Source of the DNA: a virus | Lineage: Duplodnaviria > Heunggongvirae > Uroviricota > Caudoviricetes | Virus record (IMG/VR): IMGVR_UViG_3300029935_000001 | Coordinates: 1-64,000 of that record | Length of the DNA stretch: 64,000 nt | Reading direction: 5' to 3' (one strand) | Shown here: piece after piece, positions 1 to 7,066 of the stretch | Position numbering within the stretch: position 1 is the first letter of the stretch | Layout: the number at the start of each line of letters is the position of its first letter | Notes under the pieces: generated by a model | The model's database searches: none | Seen by the model: only the letters and a program-made list of their open reading frames with translations | What the model was told of the DNA's origin: nothing | Position numbers and translations under genes: made by a program

Positions 1-342
1 AAGAAATCGGAAAATAGGAAAAACCTAGGAAGCCATAAACCAAGTTGGATGGAGCTCAAATTTGCAGAGTATCTCAATACTAACTCCATAGTTGGGTGGC
101 AAACCGAAAAACACTTTTGGTCCTCGGAGTTAAGAAAAAGCTTTTATCCAGACTTCTTGTTTGAAGATCTAAAGCTAATTATCGAGCTCGACGGGACACA
201 GCATCGAAAAACAGTAGAACACGACGCGCTACGAGATCAGTGGTTTAACTCAATCGGTTATCGCGTAATACGAGTTTCGCACGCGGAGTTTAAAGATCGA
301 CTATTCTCGGGGCGAGGATTTAAGGATTTATTGGGCAGCTGA
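1..342 (+). CDS. DUF559/Vsr-like putative homing endonuclease (5' truncated by window edge)
   Basis: Frame is open from base 1. Motifs FYPDF, IIELDG.QH, D..RD.W, G..V.R. The stop codon lies inside the downstream tRNA-Leu. Confidence 0.8.
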   Translation, partial: KKSENRKNLGSHKPSWMELKFAEYLNTNSIVGWQTEKHFWSSELRKSFYPDFLFEDLKLIIELDGTQHRKTVEHDALRDQWFNSIGYRVIRVSHAEFKDRLFSGRGFKDLLGS

Positions 343-415
343 CAAATGCAAATAGGCACAGCTACTACGCTTAGAACGTAGGTTTTTCCGGGTTCGAATC
401 CCGGGCTGCCCACCA
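333..415 (+). tRNA. tRNA-Leu(TAG), short variable loop, atypical D arm (replacement tRNA in HEG cassette)
   Basis: gggcagc/gctgccc acceptor, ctacg-CT TAG AA-cgtag, TTCGAAT T loop, ACCA. Confidence 0.85.
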
Positions 416-421
416 AGATAA

Positions 422-465
422 AGGTGCCGAAAGGCGTGAGAGTTCGAGTCTCTCCCTGCGCACCA
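422..465 (+). pseudogene. orphan 3' half of a Leu-type tRNA
   Basis: Variable arm gccgaaaggc, T arm gagag-TTCGAGT-ctctc, cctgcgc-ACCA; no adjacent 5' half. Confidence 0.8.
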
Positions 466-473
466 AGAACAAT

Positions 474-550
474 TGACTAGTAGCTCAGCTGGTAGAAGCG
501 CTTGGCTGTTAACCAAGATGTCGTAGGTTCGATCCCTACCTAGTCAGCCA
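474..550 (+). tRNA. tRNA-Asn(GTT)
   Basis: cttgg-CT GTT AA-ccaag, tgactag/ctagtca, GCCA. Confidence 0.9.
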
Positions 551-693
551 GAATTGACACTGATGTAAACGCAATGTAGCATTAACAAAGCGTAGATCGG
601 GCAGTGTTGAGTAGCAATGCGCAACGACCGATATGTCGCAGTCGAAGATGAGGCCCGGCTCTATCGAGACTTAATACTCCGGGACCGGATAAC

Positions 694-779
694 GGGTGGC
701 ATGCTACAAGGTGTGGCAAGAGACTGTAAATCTCTCGTCCTTCGGGACATGCTTGGTTCGATTCCAAGGCTACCCACCA
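694..779 (+). tRNA. tRNA-Tyr(GTA)
   Basis: agaga-CT GTA AA-tctct, long variable arm, ACCA. Confidence 0.9.
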
Positions 780-787
780 AACATAGC

Positions 788-861
788 CGGGGTATGGTGT
801 AATGGCAGCACCACAGTCTTTGACACTGTTAGTTCTGGTTCGAGTCCAGATACCCCAGCCA
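788..861 (+). tRNA. tRNA-Gln(TTG)
   Basis: acagt-CT TTG AC-actgt, GCCA. Confidence 0.9.
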
Positions 862-869
862 AAGAATTA

Positions 870-929
870 AGGATTGTTTCAGCAACCTAAAATAATTTCA
901 CTTTTACTGAAACCAAAAAGCAATCCTGA
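870..929 (+). ncRNA. scaffold RNA copy 1 with Lys(TTT)-like anticodon stem-loop
   Basis: AGGATTG-TTTCAGCAA ... tttca-CT TTT AC-tgaaa ... CAATCCT-GA. Confidence 0.7.
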
Positions 930-942
930 ACTTACAAAATGT

Positions 943-1018
943 GGACGCGTCGACTTCTGGTGAGGTCATCACCCTTTCAAGGTGACTAGGTTCGGTTCGA
1001 ATCCGACCGCGTCTACCA
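943..1018 (+). tRNA. tRNA-Glu(TTC)
   Basis: tcacc-CT TTC AA-ggtga, ACCA. Confidence 0.88.
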
Positions 1019-1025
1019 AAAATTA

Positions 1026-1102
1026 CTCTCAGTCGGTTAGCGGTCTATACCACCTGTTTTGGGAACAGGATTTCGCAAGTTCGAATCTTGCCTGAGAGAC
1101 CA
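1026..1102 (+). tRNA. tRNA-Pro(TGG)
   Basis: cctgt-TT TGG GA-acagg, ACCA. Confidence 0.9.
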
Positions 1103-1111
1103 GAAACAAAC

Positions 1112-1186
1112 GGCCTCAAGATGTTCATGGACGCATACCTGTCTGTCTAACAGGAAGAGTGGGATCGTTACCCACTGAGGTCGCCA
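1112..1186 (+). tRNA. tRNA-Asp(GTC), T loop ATCGTTA
   Basis: cctgt-CT GTC TA-acagg, GCCA. Confidence 0.85.
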
Positions 1187-1194
1187 AACAACAA

Positions 1195-1270
1195 GGTTCC
1201 AAGGTGTTCATGGATGCACGCATGCCTGTCACGCATGAGGAGTCGGGATCGTTACCCGCTGGGACCGCCA
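1195..1270 (+). tRNA. tRNA-Asp(GTC), T loop ATCGTTA
   Basis: catgc-CT GTC AC-gcatg, GCCA. Confidence 0.85.
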
Positions 1271-1277
1271 AAACATT

Positions 1278-1356
1278 GCTCACTCAACGCGAGATGCGTA
1301 GTCCCAAGATCGCAACTTAGGGCTGGAGTGCGGTGAGATACCGACGGTGAGCGCCA
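1278..1356 (+). ncRNA. non-canonical tRNA-like RNA
   Basis: gctcact/ggtgagc acceptor + GCCA, elongated anticodon arm, GAGAT loops in both D and T positions. Confidence 0.55.
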
Positions 1357-1363
1357 CAACAGC

Positions 1364-1394
1364 ATACCTATAGTGTAATTGGCAGCACGCTAGT
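1364..1394 (+). pseudogene. orphan tRNA 5' half (probably Trp) interrupted by HEG
   Basis: ataccta-TA-gtgt-AATTGGCA-gcac-G-ctagt, then AT-rich HEG leader. Confidence 0.65.
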
Positions 1395-1425
1395 GTTGTA
1401 TAAATACATAAAAGGAAATGTTTTT

Positions 1426-2079
1426 ATGTATTTTATAGTATACAAAACTACTAACACCGTAAATAACAAGTATTATATTGGGTGTCATCAAACAGACAAC
1501 TTATCTGACGGCTATTTGGGGTCAGGAAAACTTTTAACGCGTGCAATTAAAAAGTATGGGGTTAACAACTTTAGCTTTGAAGTCCTGCACTTTGCTGAAA
1601 CTAAACTCGATATGTTTGCTTTAGAAAGAAGGTTGGTAACCGAAGACGTTGTTAAAGACCCAATGTCTTATAACTTAAAAGTCGGCGGTAGCGGGGGCAA
1701 CCCCAGTATTGTTGGAGCATTTACCGGCAAGAAACATTCGCCAGAAACAAAAGATAAGATAAGTCGGGCTAACAAGGGACGAGAAGTTAGTGATCAAGTA
1801 AGAAAGAAACTGTCTGAAAACAATTGGGCAAAACGAGATCCTATTGCGCAACAACAGCATGCCAAAAAAATTGCAAGTTTGCCAAAGTCAGATTCCCATA
1901 AACAAAAATTGAGGGAAGCTATCATTAGGAATCAGTCCAACACTGGTATTGGCGGCAAACGCAACAAAGGAAAAATTAGGAAACGAGTCAAATGCCCTCA
2001 CTGTTTTAAAGAAGGTGCAATGAATACTATGAGTCGATGGCATTTTGATAACTGCAGAGTTAAATCCGCATCCTGCTAG
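1426..2079 (+). CDS. GIY-YIG (Seg-like) homing endonuclease with NUMOD3 repeats
   Basis: IVYKTTN..N.KYYIG.H, GYLGSG, YN...GG, GKKHSPETK, C-terminal CPHC; RBS aagga and TATAAATA upstream. Confidence 0.9.
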   Translation: MYFIVYKTTNTVNNKYYIGCHQTDNLSDGYLGSGKLLTRAIKKYGVNNFSFEVLHFAETKLDMFALERRLVTEDVVKDPMSYNLKVGGSGGNPSIVGAFTGKKHSPETKDKISRANKGREVSDQVRKKLSENNWAKRDPIAQQQHAKKIASLPKSDSHKQKLREAIIRNQSNTGIGGKRNKGKIRKRVKCPHCFKEGAMNTMSRWHFDNCRVKSASC

Positions 2080-2145
2080 CTCAACTGGCAGAGCGCCAGT
2101 CTCCAAAACTGAAGGTTTGCGGTTCGACTCCGCGGCAGGATGCCA
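2070..2145 (+). tRNA. tRNA-Trp(CCA) overlapping HEG stop codon
   Basis: ccagt-CT CCA AA-actga, atcctgc/gcaggat, GCCA. Confidence 0.88.
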
Positions 2146-2160
2146 AGATAAATAAGTTAT

Positions 2161-2266
2161 GGGCCCATAGCTCATCTGGGAGAGCAACGGTTTTGCCAAG
2201 TGCCTTTTGAATGTAGGGTATTTGGCAAGCCGTAGGTGGTCGGTTCGAGTCCGACTGGGTCCACCA
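2161..2266 (+). tRNA. tRNA-Ala(TGC) with 30-nt hairpin insertion in anticodon loop
   Basis: G3:U70 acceptor gggccca/tgggtcc ACCA; removing 2197-2226 leaves a canonical 76-nt tRNA. Confidence 0.8.
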
Positions 2267-2308
2267 GATATATCCACTAGCGAGCGAATACAGTAGGATA
2301 AATACTGT

Positions 2309-2923
2309 ATGAGAATTTACGAAATCGAGTCTGCTGCTCGCAGCACAACAGTGTATCACGGCACCGCTAGAAAAAATCTAGTCGGAATCATGAAGACCGG
2401 CTTAGTCCCAAGGATAAATCGCTGGGAGAATAAATTTAACGCGCCTGGGCAAAAAGCCAGTGGCGAAAAAGCAGTGTTTGTAACGCCAAATTTCGACGAT
2501 GCAAAATTGTTTGCCGATCAAAACCGCGACGGCGGCGCAGTAGTGGCTTTTGAGTTGTTACCTACTGATGTAGTAGACGCTGAGCAGTTTTATTCAAATG
2601 AATTATTGGTACGAAACACAGTTGCACCTACAAGAATTCGAGTGGTTTGGCCTGCATCAGCAAATCAGGAAAAGTTGCGCAACCAAGCTGCAGCAAGTCT
2701 TAATAAAACTGAATTAATCAGGCAATTAAATAAAATCACCAAAGAGAGCCTGTGGACCATTAAGTCTGCGTCAAAAACTACTTCGAGGGTATTAACCTTC
2801 CGAGTTGGTAATCCGTACTACGATACATCAATATTACTCGCGGAATACCCAGGATTTTTAGAAGAAAAAGGGGTTGACCCCGCAGTAGTAAACCAAGTAA
2901 AATCAATTTTAAATCAGTCCTGA
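2309..2923 (+). CDS. putative ADP-ribosyltransferase/Tpt1-fold protein
   Basis: YHGT, I.KTGL.P, VFVT motifs; TAAATA upstream. Confidence 0.5.
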   Translation: MRIYEIESAARSTTVYHGTARKNLVGIMKTGLVPRINRWENKFNAPGQKASGEKAVFVTPNFDDAKLFADQNRDGGAVVAFELLPTDVVDAEQFYSNELLVRNTVAPTRIRVVWPASANQEKLRNQAAASLNKTELIRQLNKITKESLWTIKSASKTTSRVLTFRVGNPYYDTSILLAEYPGFLEEKGVDPAVVNQVKSILNQS

Positions 2924-3085
2924 ACCTAACACAATGCCGCCGAGTTAAAGCAACTACTTGCAGGGCGGGATATAAATCACTTGCTAAAGGAGGCGATAAT
3001 GAACAATCCAGATACAGAGCTTGGTGGCTTTGGATTCCCAGGGTATTCAGAATATACCCGCGGCTAACCAAGACAAAAGAACAAT

Positions 3086-3256
3086 CGCGGCTTCGGATGG
3101 GCCGGAGTGTATCGTGTTGCGGGTTAGTGTAATTGGCAACACGCGGGGCTCATAACCCCGAGACATCTAATGCTAGTCCTGGTTCGAGTCCAGGGCCCGC
3201 AACACGATACACTCAAATGCCTTTTTGGGGGAGTTCGATTCTCCCGGCCGCATCCA
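3086..3256 (+). pseudogene. outer degenerate tRNA enclosing tRNA-Met
   Basis: cgcggct (3086) pairs with ggccgca-TCCA; T arm gggag-TTCGATT-ctccc. Confidence 0.6.
3118..3202 (+). tRNA. tRNA-Met(CAT), initiator-like anticodon stem, long variable region, no encoded CCA
   Basis: cgggg-CT CAT AA-ccccg, tgcgggt/gcccgca. Confidence 0.85.
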
Positions 3257-3373
3257 AAACTGTAGTGGAACACGATCGAAACTATCGGCGTAAAACTGGT
3301 TAACTCCAGAGTTGTCAATAGTGGGGCTCATTGTGTCAGAGTTGAGAACTCCTGCTACAAACGAAAGACATGT

Positions 3374-3448
3374 GGGGGTATAGCTCAGCGGTAGAGCTTT
3401 CGGCTTTTAACCGAAATGTCCTTGGTTCGAACCCAAGTGCCCCTACCA
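3374..3448 (+). tRNA. tRNA-Lys(TTT)
   Basis: ttcgg-CT TTT AA-ccgaa, ACCA. Confidence 0.9.
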
Positions 3449-3523
3449 CAGAGTACTCCTGCTGGTAGCCTACGCATACTACTAGCAGGGAAGGGAAGCG
3501 CGTAGGCTTCCCGAGAGATTTAT

Positions 3524-3599
3524 GCCAGGTTGACCCGAGAGGTGAGGGGCCATCCTTACAAGATGGAGTATGCTGGTTCGAGTCCAGCACCTGGTACCA
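3524..3599 (+). tRNA. tRNA-Val(TAC)
   Basis: ccatc-CT TAC AA-gatgg, ACCA. Confidence 0.88.
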
Positions 3600-3605
3600 G
3601 AATAA

Positions 3606-3659
3606 AGGATCGTTTCCGCAATTTAAAACTATCTTTTGGTGATAAAAACGCGATCCTGA
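3606..3659 (+). ncRNA. scaffold RNA copy 2 with Gln(TTG)-like anticodon stem-loop
   Basis: AGGATCG-TTTCCGCAA ... tatc-TT TTG GT-gata ... CGATCCT-GA. Confidence 0.7.
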
Positions 3660-3691
3660 TTTATTCGATTATCGCAGGGTGAGCTCTTTGT

Positions 3692-3764
3692 GCAGTGGTT
3701 GCATAAGTGGTCTGTGCGCTAGATTGAAACTCTAGAGGACATCGTTCGATTCGATGCCGCTGCA
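3692..3764 (+). tRNA. tRNA-Phe(GAA), replacement tRNA, no encoded CCA
   Basis: ctaga-TT GAA AC-tctag, gcagtgg/ccgctgc. Confidence 0.85.
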
Positions 3765-4613
3765 CAAAGAGCTCAAGAACCCTAAGTGAATGTGTTTTAA
3801 CGGCAATACTACAACTTTAACAGAATTTTGCTGTATGACTGCTTGAATTTTTTCGTAGTCTCGCTTAATTAAGAAGTCGTTTTTTGGATCTAAATAAAGG
3901 TCTAAATCCGGGAGATAAAAGTCAGGGTAGTAGTTATGTGTCTTTCCGTGTAGAGTATACAGCAATGGCTTAGGTCGGCACCAGTTAACTTTTAACTCTT
4001 CTAACAGCGCAGCACACTTACTTTCGAAGGTTGACTCGAGTCGGACTGGCGTTCCGTACGAATCTACGGTATAAGAGGTTTTCCCTGACCTTATTCCGTT
4101 TTTTCCAAGGTTATTAGCTAATGCGTTTTTTGTTGCAGCAGCAGACCTACACTGCGGCGAACACGTTTTCCTAGTCCCCGGATGCCATTTTTGGCAATTG
4201 ATGCACTGTGAAACCCGGGTAAATTTTTTTCGAGTAGTGCCCGTTGCTGCGTTGCTGATAGAGCAACGCGCACTATCTGTATGTCGCCAGCCAGATTCGT
4301 TGCGCTTTTTGTTGTTAAATTTCGCCGAACACGAACGAGAACAAAATTTAGCAATATTGCGATAATCGTAGCTAATGGGCGCTTCGCACTCAATGCATTT
4401 AGACGGATGCTTGAAGTATTCGGCAATTTTTTTATGTTTGTTAGACACATTTGGGTGTTGAAATTTAGAACGCGCAAGTTTAGCAATAGCAGCATGTTGG
4501 GACTTGCGTTCAGCATCGTGTAATAAGTAGTGAGAGTGAATACCCTTCGCTGAGTTAATCTTGTGACATATAACGCAAGAACACAGCGGCGATTTGTATG
4601 ATGTGTTAGACAT
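3732..4613 (-). CDS. putative homing endonuclease, Zn-finger + PD-(D/E)xK (YYPDFYL..YLDPKN family)
   Basis: CxxC/FCSxSC repeats and YYPDFYLPDLDLYLDPKND; C-terminus reads antisense through tRNA-Phe. Confidence 0.8.
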   Translation of the reverse strand: MSNTSYKSPLCSCVICHKINSAKGIHSHYLLHDAERKSQHAAIAKLARSKFQHPNVSNKHKKIAEYFKHPSKCIECEAPISYDYRNIAKFCSRSCSAKFNNKKRNESGWRHTDSARCSISNAATGTTRKKFTRVSQCINCQKWHPGTRKTCSPQCRSAAATKNALANNLGKNGIRSGKTSYTVDSYGTPVRLESTFESKCAALLEELKVNWCRPKPLLYTLHGKTHNYYPDFYLPDLDLYLDPKNDFLIKRDYEKIQAVIQQNSVKVVVLPLKHIHLGFLSSLCSGIESNDVL

Positions 4614-4627
4614 ACAGTATTTAGCGT

Positions 4628-4667
4628 AAATCCGTAAAGCCTGGTTCGATTCCAGGACCCTGCACCA
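4628..4667 (+). pseudogene. 3' half of the original (Phe-type) tRNA; its 5' end is gcagggt at 3674
   Basis: cctgg-TTCGATT-ccagg accctgc ACCA, complementary to gcagggt 3674-3680. Confidence 0.8.
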
Positions 4668-4882
4668 GCTTTAACAGTGTTGATGATCAATGGGCCGTGG
4701 TAAAGCACGAGGGAGACAGCCAACTCACATCCGTCAGCCTAGCGCTGCGATACAGAAGGCACAGTAGCAGTATTCTGGTCCGCCGACCGATAAAACTTAC
4801 CTGCTCTGATCAGGCAGGGGCAACGCTGTTAATAATATTTGCTGTACTCAGTAGCAACTAAATAAAAGTAGATTAAGATTTA

Positions 4883-4958
4883 CTCTCCGTGGCGTAATCT
4901 GGTAGCGTGGTGCGTTTGGGGCGCAGCGGTCCTGGTTCAAATCCAGGCGGGGAGACCA
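4883..4958 (+). tRNA. tRNA-Pro(TGG)
   Basis: gtgcg-TT TGG GG-cgcag, ACCA. Confidence 0.88.
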
Positions 4959-4966
4959 TTTATAAT

Positions 4967-5090
4967 TCCATCGTAGCTCAGCGGTAGAGCCGCGGACTGT
5001 GGGCAAAGTAGATAGGCTACTATCCGGTTCAAGCCCGGTATGCCAAAAGTAATCCGTTGGTCGGAGGTTCGAGCCCTCCCGATGGAGCCA
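4967..5090 (+). tRNA. tRNA-Asn(GTT) with 49-nt insertion inside the anticodon
   Basis: gcgga-CT GT[5001-5049]T AA-tccgt, tccatcg/cgatgga, GCCA. Confidence 0.75.
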
Positions 5091-5104
5091 GCTTTACAAT
5101 ATGT

Positions 5105-5179
5105 TCCCTGTTAGCTCAGCGGCAGAGCAATCGCCTTGTAAGCGATAGGTCGAGATCTCGGAATTCTCACAGGGAACCA
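5105..5179 (+). tRNA. tRNA-Thr(TGT), atypical T loop
   Basis: atcgc-CT TGT AA-gcgat, tccctgt/acaggga ACCA. Confidence 0.8.
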
Positions 5180-5207
5180 AGAATTCATTGCGATATAATA
5201 TTATAAC

Positions 5208-5236
5208 ACTTGCTTAGCTCAGTCGGTAGAGCAGAA
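5208..5236 (+). pseudogene. 5' half of the original (Ile-type) tRNA
   Basis: acttgct-TA-gctc-AGTCGGTA-gagc; pairs with agcaagt at 6030. Confidence 0.8.
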
Positions 5237-5279
5237 TGTTGAGCTCTATCATAAATAGTATTATATAATAGAGCTGAAC

Positions 5280-5945
5280 ATGGCACATACTAAAACAATT
5301 AAGTGCGAAAAGTGTGGGCTAGCCATTCGAGCCAACAATTTTAACCGTCATTATAACGCATGCGGACCGAAGGCACCAAAAAAGGTGCGAGGCATAGATT
5401 TTGACCCAAACTGGGGGTATAAAGATGGTTCCCGAGTTGCTTGGAACAAAGGATTGTCGAAAGATACTGACGAACGAGTAAAGGCATACGCTGCGTCTGT
5501 AAAACTGTCGGCCCGAAGCCCGTGGCACGGTCGATGCTTGGACCCGATTAAAGAGCAAGAGCGCAGGAAGAAGATTTCGGCTAAACTAAAAGGAGTAGCC
5601 GGTGGATACCGGGCAAATGCGGGCCGCAGTAAAAAATTCAAAGTCTTTGACTCGTTTGGAAAGCATACTGTACTCCAGAGTACGTATGAATACGTTGTGT
5701 ATGAGATTTTATGCGAATTAGGGATTAGGTGGATTAGGCCTTCTGCTCTAAAATACAATCAGCGAAATTACTTTGCAGATTTTTATCTAATAGACTTTGG
5801 GGTATATCTTGACCCAAAAAATGATTACAAAGCAGCACAAGACAAAGAAAAAATCAAAGCAGTAATAGAACAAAATAACGTTAAACTAGTAGTGCTTCTA
5901 AAGCATCAACTTACGAAGTACGACATTCAAAAGCTCTGTAGTTAA
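5280..5945 (+). CDS. putative homing endonuclease (YFADFYL..YLDPKND family)
   Basis: N-terminal CxxC, AWNKG NUMOD-like motif, PD-(D/E)xK core; stop lies inside tRNA-Ile. Confidence 0.8.
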   Translation: MAHTKTIKCEKCGLAIRANNFNRHYNACGPKAPKKVRGIDFDPNWGYKDGSRVAWNKGLSKDTDERVKAYAASVKLSARSPWHGRCLDPIKEQERRKKISAKLKGVAGGYRANAGRSKKFKVFDSFGKHTVLQSTYEYVVYEILCELGIRWIRPSALKYNQRNYFADFYLIDFGVYLDPKNDYKAAQDKEKIKAVIEQNNVKLVVLLKHQLTKYDIQKLCS

Positions 5946-6005
5946 ATGGTATAACAATCGGCTGATAACCGGTAATTACAAGTTCAATTCTTGTCGGAGC
6001 TACCA
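5932..6005 (+). tRNA. tRNA-Ile(GAT), replacement tRNA
   Basis: atcgg-CT GAT AA-ccggt, agctctg/cggagct ACCA. Confidence 0.88.
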
Positions 6006-6040
6006 GGACCGCCCTGGTTCGAATCCAGGAGCAAGTACCA
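6006..6040 (+). pseudogene. 3' half of the original tRNA started at 5208
   Basis: cctgg-TTCGAAT-ccagg agcaagt ACCA. Confidence 0.8.
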
Positions 6041-6351
6041 GATTTAAACGAGCCGCCTGATCAGCGGAAACACCAAGCGGAGCACTGTTAGCCATTGTGC
6101 TAGCAGTCACGGGAACTTGGCATCCTGCGTGGCCCGGAGCGCAGGAACCGAATTTAACCTAAGCGCTGAGCGGAGTAATCAGCTTCACAGTGGGCACGAC
6201 GCAAGTGTGGATGACTTGCACGGTTTGGGGAGAAACAAGTAGTGGCGCCGCTATTTTACTGAGCGCAGTTGCGCGAAGCCCAAATTGGTCTTACCGGTAG
6301 ACGCAGGTTCGAATCCTGCCGGGCCCTGCCAAACTAACACAGGATACAATT

Positions 6352-6594
6352 ATGTTCCGAGACCGTTACAATAACGAAATCCACGTAGGCGATTGCATCT
6401 TTGTATGCTATGCATATCGTTGGTCCGACCAAGATCACTCGTGGCTTACTGCTCGCGTAACGCAGATTGAACCCGAGAAGCGCACTGTGAAAGTGCGCTT
6501 TGATGATGAAGCGTTTGATCGCAACGCAATGAAAGAACAGTGTGTTCATATTGACGCACCGGAGATGTTGATTCGAGTGCTAAAAGGATCTTAA
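6352..6594 (+). CDS. hypothetical protein
   Basis: ORF with RBS (agga), SH3/KOW-like pattern EIHVGD. Confidence 0.6.
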   Translation: MFRDRYNNEIHVGDCIFVCYAYRWSDQDHSWLTARVTQIEPEKRTVKVRFDDEAFDRNAMKEQCVHIDAPEMLIRVLKGS

Positions 6595-6724
6595 ACCGCT
6601 AGCCGTTTGACGATAAGCAGGATCGAGCAGGCTCTAAGCTGTAATCAGACTGTAGAGTAATAAATCGTCACTAAACAACGCCTGCAAAGCTAAGGGAAGC
6701 GGCAACTTAGCAAGATTTAACTGG

Positions 6725-6799
6725 ATCCTCGTAGCTCAGTGGAAGAGCGACGGTCTACGAAACCGTAGGGCGGAAATTCGAATTTTCCCGAGGATGCCA
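6725..6799 (+). tRNA. tRNA-Arg(ACG)
   Basis: acggt-CT ACG AA-accgt, GCCA. Confidence 0.9.
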
Positions 6800-6822
6800 C
6801 TTTTAACGTAAACAGCTTGGGT

Positions 6823-6893
6823 GTGGCCATGGTGTAATGGTAGCACAACAGGATGTGGCCCTGTTAGACTGAGTTCAATCCTCAGTGGTCACC
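6823..6893 (+). tRNA. tRNA-His(GTG)
   Basis: acagg-AT GTG GC-cctgt, gtggcca/tggtcac, C discriminator. Confidence 0.85.
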
Positions 6894-6915
6894 CCCAAGC
6901 TGTTTCCTAAAACAT

Positions 6916-6991
6916 AGGATGGTTCCAGCAGTCATTTTACATGCCAGTCAGCGCTCAACTGACATTAAAAACTGAGCACAACCCATCCTGA
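6916..6991 (+). ncRNA. scaffold RNA copy 3 with pseudoknot payload
   Basis: AGGATGG-TTCCAGCAG ... gtcag-CGCTCAA-ctgac (loop GCTCA can pair with TGAGC) ... CCATCCT-GA. Confidence 0.65.
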
Positions 6992-7006
6992 TTTTACAAA
7001 AAGTGG

Positions 7007-7062
7007 TTGACACCAGTGCTCCTACTCTGTATAATAGCTACATACAGTAACGCAACGGAGCA
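7007..7062 (+). promoter_or_regulatory. repeated early sigma70 promoter + leader + RBS cassette (also near 7325, 10264, 13192, 13739, 28712, 37538, 38672)
   Basis: TTGAC-N17/18-TATAAT followed by agctacata(c/a)..gtaacgcaacGGAG. Confidence 0.85.
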
Positions 7063-7066
7063 GTAA

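Noticed and set aside
556-690. Hammerhead-like CTGATG (also near 8172)
   Set aside because: Lacks the CUGANGA/GAAA core.
328-890. Short ORFs overlapping tRNAs (also 1888-2359, 3124-3590, 8417-8688, 18543-18939, 20662-20884)
   Set aside because: Shadow translations of tRNA genes; no RBS or protein motifs.
3674-6040. Group I intron interpretation of the split tRNAs
   Set aside because: The inserts are filled by the ORF and a full tRNA, no P-Q-R-S core is evident, and the outer anticodon arms are deleted, so splicing could not restore a tRNA.
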